A stretch of 64,000 bases of DNA, taken from an uncultured Holophagales bacterium (GTDB taxonomy: Bacteria > Acidobacteriota > Thermoanaerobaculia > Multivoradales > UBA5704). The position numbers and the translations under genes were made by a program. The notes beneath the pieces are model-generated. The model searched no databases. It saw nothing but the letters and a program-made list of their open reading frames with translations, and had not been told where the DNA came from. This document shows, one piece after another, positions 61,260-64,000 of the stretch (the stretch's first letter is position 1; each line of letters opens with the position of its first letter). The stretch lies in assembly GCA_963842525.1 (NCBI GenBank), contig CAWJGT010000009.1:416001-480000 (forward strand), in the 5' to 3' direction.

Positions 61260-61640
61260 GTACGCTGCGGTGGAGTACCCCGGCCTTGCGGTAGAGAGGC
61301 TTACGCTGCGGCAGCGCCCGATACGCCGCGGCAGATCCATGTACGCTGCGGCAGAGTCGAGGTACCTTACGGTAGGGCTCCGTACGGCGCGGTAGAGGAA
61401 ATGCCTCTGCGGCAGAGGCGGCTACGGTGCCGCGGAGTACCCTGATCCTGCGGTAGAGCTCTGTACACTGCGGCAGAGTCGTTGGCAGTGCCGCAGAGAC
61501 CGGGGCAGCGCGGTAGGGTCACGTGCCGTGCGGCAGGGGATCATGACTCTGCGGCAGAGGATGCTTCCATTGCGGCAGCGCCCCGTACGGTGCGGTAGAG
61601 ACCTTGGCGCCGCCTTGGAGATCGGGCCTTCACCGCAGCG
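61260..61640. repeat. Non-coding array of about 18 units, 20-21 nt period, core TGCGG[CT]AGAG
   Basis: GCGG-type cores at 61267, 61288, 61308, 61328, 61348, 61369, 61389, 61409, 61429, 61450, 61470, 61490, 61510, 61530, 61551, 61572, 61592. Confidence 0.85.
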
Positions 61641-61654
61641 GAGCCTGCCCGCCC

Positions 61655-62437
61655 TCATCCGAACCCCGTCCCGCTCCCCGAGGACGGGAACGGGATGACC
61701 GAGCCAAAGCCGCCGGCGCTGTTGCGGCGCAGGCCGAGGAGGGCCATGGCGCGATAGGAGAGGTCGCGGAAGCCGGAGGGTTTCTGCACCCGCAGGGTCT
61801 CCGGCGCGTGGCCGGCGGCCGGATCGGTCCACAGCAGCTCCAGGCCCGCCTCCTGCCAGCGCAGGAGGACGTGGGCGAGGTCGGACGCAGGCTCCGGGGG
61901 TCTCTGGAGCACGAGGACCCGGAGGATCTGGCGCGACTTCAGGAAGGTGGCCGAGGGGAAGTCCTGCGGGAAGACCATCCAGCGGTTGTCGTACTTGCCC
62001 GGTCCGGACGGCTGGGACGGGCTCAGGCGGTTGGCGTCGAGGAGGAAGGCCGGCGGGGCGTCCGGCGAGAAGCCGATCGACGAGAGCTCGCCGGCTCCTT
62101 CGTGGAGACGGCGCAGGATCTCACCCACCGGGACCAGCGCGGCGGGATGGACGCCGCAGTTGAACAGCGGCACGGGCAGGAAGCCCTCGCGCGCCAGGGC
62201 CAGGCCGATGCGGAGCGAGTCGGCGCCGGGGAGGTCCGCCACCACGGCCGTGTGCCGGTCGAGGGGCACGCCGAGCGTTGCCGGCTCCGGTGCGGGCTCA
62301 GGAACGGGCGCGGCGGCGGGATCGCCGGGCGAGGGCAGGAACGGGCCTGCTTCGGCGAAGAGCACCGGTTTGGCCCAGCGGGACCAGGCCGAGCCCGCGG
62401 GAGCCCAGACCTCAAAAAGCTCCGATCCTTTCATCAC
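61655..62437 (-). CDS. Conserved hypothetical protein
   Basis: 260-aa ORF (WSRWAKPVLF, YDNRWMVFPQDFPSA, GLRRNSAGGFG) coupled to the upstream gene. Confidence 0.7.
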   Translation of the reverse strand: MMKGSELFEVWAPAGSAWSRWAKPVLFAEAGPFLPSPGDPAAAPVPEPAPEPATLGVPLDRHTAVVADLPGADSLRIGLALAREGFLPVPLFNCGVHPAALVPVGEILRRLHEGAGELSSIGFSPDAPPAFLLDANRLSPSQPSGPGKYDNRWMVFPQDFPSATFLKSRQILRVLVLQRPPEPASDLAHVLLRWQEAGLELLWTDPAAGHAPETLRVQKPSGFRDLSYRAMALLGLRRNSAGGFGSVIPFPSSGSGTGFG

Positions 62438-63669
62438 ATCCCTCCGATTCGATCAGAACAGCCATGTCCTGCGCCAGGTGATCGATCCGCGGCCGGCGCG
62501 CCGCGCGTCCATAGGCGCCGGCGGCGTGGCCGTCGATGGTATAGACCCCCACGCAGGGATAGAGCAACCCCTCGGGCGTCTGGAGGGGCACCGCCGCGAA
62601 ACGCCGCTGCGCCACCCACAGCCGCGGGGACCGGCGCACGTCCTGGCGGATCACCTTCCATTCCCTCTCCTCCGTGGCGCCGGCGAGGCCGATCAGGTCG
62701 CCGACCCGGCCCAGCGCCGGCTTGAGCACCCACGAGTCGTCCAGGCGCCAGTCGGCCTGCCGCGGATCGCACGTCTCGGGCAGGAGCCTGCGCCAGGTCG
62801 GGGAGCTCCGTCACCAGCCGGTCCCAGACAAGCGGGAAGCGCTTGCTCTGGGTGAGCAGCGCGTAGCCCGGATTGCTGGCCGGCGTCTCCGACCTGTAGA
62901 AGAAGTGCTTCCAGCCGCAGGTTCGGGGCAGGTTGGGCAGCCATTCGCCGGGAAAGAAGCGGACGAGGAAGTCGAGCGGCCCGGCGAAGGCGTCGCTGGC
63001 GAGGCTGGCCCGGCTGTCCTGCCAGCGCAGGTGATCGGGCCCGGTCAGGATCGCCCGGAGCCCTCGCGCCTCGATCTCCCGGGCGAGGAAGACCATGACC
63101 TGGCGGTCGTCCGTATAGGCCGTGGCATGGACCAGCCCGACGGTCGATCCCGGGGCGACGGCCGCGGCAATCGCCTCGGCGAGCCGCCCGGCCGGGTCTC
63201 CCGCCGGCTCGGCGCCGGGGACATGGGGCGCCATGAGGCGCGTGAAGCCGGAGGCCTCGTTGAACCCGCCGGGGGCGTCCGAGTTGACCTCCGAGATCCG
63301 CCATCCGTCGGGCGTGGCGTGGAAGTCGAAGCGCATGACCCGGGCCGCGCCGCGGGACTTGCCCCGGCTCGCGGCCCGGCGCAACGCCCGGCGGATCGGC
63401 CGGGGGAGCCCCAGCTCCTTGTGGAGCTCGAGCCGGCACCCCAGCTCGGTCTCGGCGGCCAGGGTCTCGGCAGCCAGAGCCTCGGCCAGGGCGGCCAGCT
63501 CGCGCCAGGCGGCGCGCCGGAGCACCAGGGGGAAGGGGGCGAGGGTGGCGACGTCCTCGACCTGAGGGTCCCACTTGCAGCACTCGAAGATGGCCTGCCT
63601 GCGGATTGTCGCGAAGAGGGCCGGCTCGATGGCCGCCGGGGCCTCGCGCCAGGGCGCGGTCACATCCAT
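62412..63669 (-). CDS. Glutathionylspermidine-synthase-like ATP-grasp protein, frameshift near 62800
   Basis: MRFDFH....WRISEVNSDAPGGFNE, QSKRF, then VLKPALGRVG...VAQRRF...GVYTIDG in a second frame. Confidence 0.75.
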
Positions 63670-64000
63670 GAACCTGCCATCTTGACCGCCGCGGCGCCGA
63701 GGCTCAGGTAGACGAGCGACGGGACGACGCCGTGCGTCAGGACCGGCTGGTCCGGAGATTCGGGGGACGGCCGGAGGCGCCTCTCCAGCAGCACTGCCGC
63801 GGTGAGGAGCACGGCCACCGGCCAGCCGTAGCGCACGAAGTCGAGCATCGTCGGTGCGGCGCCTTCCCAGTCTCCCGCCACCGCCCGTCCGAGGATCATC
63901 CCCGCCGCGACGAAGAAGCCGGCGGCCCGCAGGCCCGCGGCCATGTCGCGGTCGATGGTCACCGCGTCGGCCACATGGGTGAGGCGGTCCAGGAAGGCCC
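63660..64000 (-). CDS. Membrane protein, DUF350-like, 5'-truncated by the window
   Basis: AVTIDRDMAAGLR.AGFFVAAG.ILGRAVAG followed by TM helices. Confidence 0.55.
   Translation of the reverse strand, partial: AFLDRLTHVADAVTIDRDMAAGLRAAGFFVAAGMILGRAVAGDWEGAAPTMLDFVRYGWPVAVLLTAAVLLERRLRPSPESPDQPVLTHGVVPSLVYLSLGAAAVKMAGSWM

Noticed and set aside
61260-61640. CRISPR array
   Set aside because: The total unit is only 20-21 nt, the cores are degenerate, there are no 30-40 nt spacers and no cas genes

Overview
GC-rich bacterial DNA. An ADOP-type permease, an Oar-like TonB-dependent receptor and the general gene content suggest Acidobacteriota, possibly Thermoanaerobaculia (inference). About ten genes are broken by single-base frameshifts, most likely sequencing errors. 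The standout region is 7.7-25 kb. It is a tandem array of seven small Sec-secreted precursor peptides ending in a Cys-flanked IDPxG motif (six end in G[SP]C-IDPxG-x4-5-C). These are interleaved with six related cytoplasmic TPR-like proteins, five of which carry an N-terminal H..HLLAxCxxC zinc-anti-sigma-like motif. Stand-alone XRE-type HTH genes lie at both ends and a decayed HTH-TPR fusion is nearby. Nearly every unit is preceded by the same bipartite motif TGTC[CA]C-N16/17-[AG]CAC[TC] (ECF-sigma-like promoter) and a leader hairpin with a U-tract. One copy of the motif appears to drive a short non-coding RNA. I read this as a candidate multi-channel peptide signalling system resembling RRNPP/Rap-Phr, which is a hypothesis only. 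Elsewhere there are two TAM loci (a YihY-TamA fusion with TamB, and a single-chain TamB-POTRA-Omp85 protein carrying in-frame palindromic insertions). There are also two non-coding arrays with a 20-21 nt period, many toxin-antitoxin modules, an IS1-like remnant, a hybrid histidine kinase, DeaD, two PLD/cardiolipin synthases and a Gsp-synthase-like ATP-grasp gene. No rRNA, tRNA or CRISPR array was seen.
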